In this document: piece after piece, positions 62,195 through 63,845 of the stretch
Numbering within the stretch: position 1 is the stretch's first letter
Layout: each line of letters opens with the position of its first letter
Assembly: GCA_038087875.1 (NCBI GenBank)
Contig: JAXLNO010004152.1
Coordinates: 868,156-932,000 of the forward strand
Origin: Malacoraja senta
Lineage: Eukaryota
Direction: 5' to 3'
Length of the DNA stretch: 63,845 nt
Translations under genes and position numbers: made by a program
Notes under the pieces: model-generated
What the model was told of the DNA's origin: nothing
Database searches by the model: none
Seen by the model: the letters and a program-made list of their open reading frames with translations, nothing else

Positions 62195-62920
62195 ACTTTA
62201 TTGACACATGAGACAAAGCACAGTGAAATTATTTGCTTGCATATCCAATGTATACAAAGAGCGGCCATCTACGGCGCTGACAAAGTTATAAAGTACGCCG
62301 GGGCTCCACCTTTTGTTCTCCCCCCATCCCCACGCACCTCAGCGGTTCCCCAAAGCCGGGTCCACATTGTCCTTCGTTTCCCCCTTCCATACTGATATTG
62401 TTCTCCCCCCCCTTCCTCACAGTGGTTCTCTACGACGGGTGCTCCATTGTTCTACCCTCCCCTCGCGGCTGTCCCCCCCACGATCTCATCGCCCGCGAGG
62501 CATCACGGCCGCGGCCAAGTTCCAATCGCCACGAGGTCTCACCGCTGTCGACACCCCCACATCACCGGTCCGCCTCTTCCGTCGGTCGGCGCCATCATCG
62601 TCCGCAGCAGTTACCTCTGCACAACGCTGCCGGGTCCTGCCCTGGGGCCCCCGGGGTGCTGACTCGGGCCCCAGCCGCGGGATCCATCGGCCGCTCCGCC
62701 GACGCGGGACACGACCCGCGAGGTGAGGCCACGGCCGAACGACCCGCGAGGCCCGGATCGGGCTCCGACCCGTGTTTCTCCGCGGCCATCCGGGCGGCAT
62801 CGAGACCGCAGCGTTTCCATAAAGGCTTCGGGCCGAGTTCCCATTCCGCAGCCACGGCTCGGCGGGAAACCTTCTGACTGTGCGACTCGGCGGGAAGCCT
62901 TCTGGCGGGAATTTTGCTCG
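62195..62920 (-). mobile_element. GC-rich non-autonomous retroposon-like repeat
   Basis: Minus-strand AATAAA near 62196-62201 and a CpG-rich body; family not assigned. Confidence 0.45.
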
Positions 62921-63049
62921 ATATCGCTGCGGATAACAGGGAGAGTTAATGGAGGAACATCTATCACATATTTGAAACAAGTTTATTCATGGATAACCCC
63001 TTGAGATGGGCAGTCATCTCGTTTTCGAGGGGGTCCAACATAGAACATA

Positions 63050-63845
63050 CAGCACAAGACATAACATACATAGAGGCTCTCATTGACCCACCTACCCACA
63101 CACCAATCCCAACACCCCTCCATCCCCACTTGTTATAGTTTATAACAATTGTTAATTAACTTTACATATCCAATAATAACAACAGTTATGTGTTACAGCA
63201 TAATGTTAGTGCATAATACCATATACCACCTATCATACATCGTACGTTAATATATACTATGAACATTATTACATAATATATTATTTCATGATATTGTGAC
63301 ATAATACAATATAAGACCTTGTTACACTATGCAATACAATAATACATAAGTGTAATGGCCATGCATATACAATAGTTATGCCAAATGATCACACTCAGAG
63401 CAAGCTAAATAAAAGAGCTCGAAGACTCTAATACTAGAAACAGGTACATGGTTTTATAAGGAAAGGTAAAAGTGTATTTTTAAATAGACGAAATGAGCTA
63501 ATAGTTCTTATGGTACTAGGCAGAGTGTTCCAGTCAGAAGGAGCTTTGAATTTAAATGCACGTCTCCCAATTTCTTTGTTAGTTCTTGGAATGAAAAAGA
63601 AGGGTTGCTGAATATGTCTTAGTGAATATGAGGGTGTGTATGGTAATAGGTCTTGTTTTAAATAAGAAGGGTAATTGAGGTGGATGCATTTAAAGATGAA
63701 CTGGAACCAGTGGTAGCATCTTCGAGCGTGGGGGGATAACCAGTTTAGAGTTTCGTACATAGAACAGTGGTGAGTTATATATGGACACCTTAAAATAAAT
63801 CTGCAAAGACTATTATAAACTACATTAAGGGGTTGAAGATGTATA
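63050..63845 (-). mobile_element. LINE (L2/CR1-group) ORF2 C-terminus and AT-rich 3' UTR, continuing beyond the window
   Basis: LNWLSPHARR..PSYLK..YSLR..GRRAFKFKAPSDWNTLP..FKNTL, typical of L2/CR1-group C-termini. Confidence 0.75.

Overview
Eukaryotic, repeat-saturated genomic DNA with no intact recognisable host protein-coding gene. The repeat repertoire (CR1 LINEs with an SGNH-esterase ORF1, Rex1/Babar-type LINEs, a V-SINE/HE1-like SINE, Penelope-like fragments, DIRS1, Gypsy) suggests a cartilaginous fish such as a skate or ray; this is an inference. The window is a decaying tRNA gene cluster (33.7-60.7 kb) embedded in stacked and nested transposons. One tRNA looks intact (Ser-CGA); iMet x2, Gly-TCC x2, Ala-TGC, Asp and a Lys body carrying a CGT anticodon are damaged. 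Most notable: (i) ~100-bp Penelope-derived mini-elements carrying a minimal hammerhead-ribozyme core and flanked by 11-12 bp target-site duplications; (ii) non-autonomous Helitron-like elements, one carrying an apparently captured protein-coding exon and one with internal minisatellite arrays; (iii) a DIRS1 element with a perfect 78-bp inverted repeat, nested with Gypsy and CR1; (iv) a fully delimited, internally deleted Gypsy element and a hAT-type element, both with exact TSDs. Most ORFs in the supplied track are TE fragments or repeat artefacts. Boundaries not anchored by a TSD, TIR or LTR are approximate.
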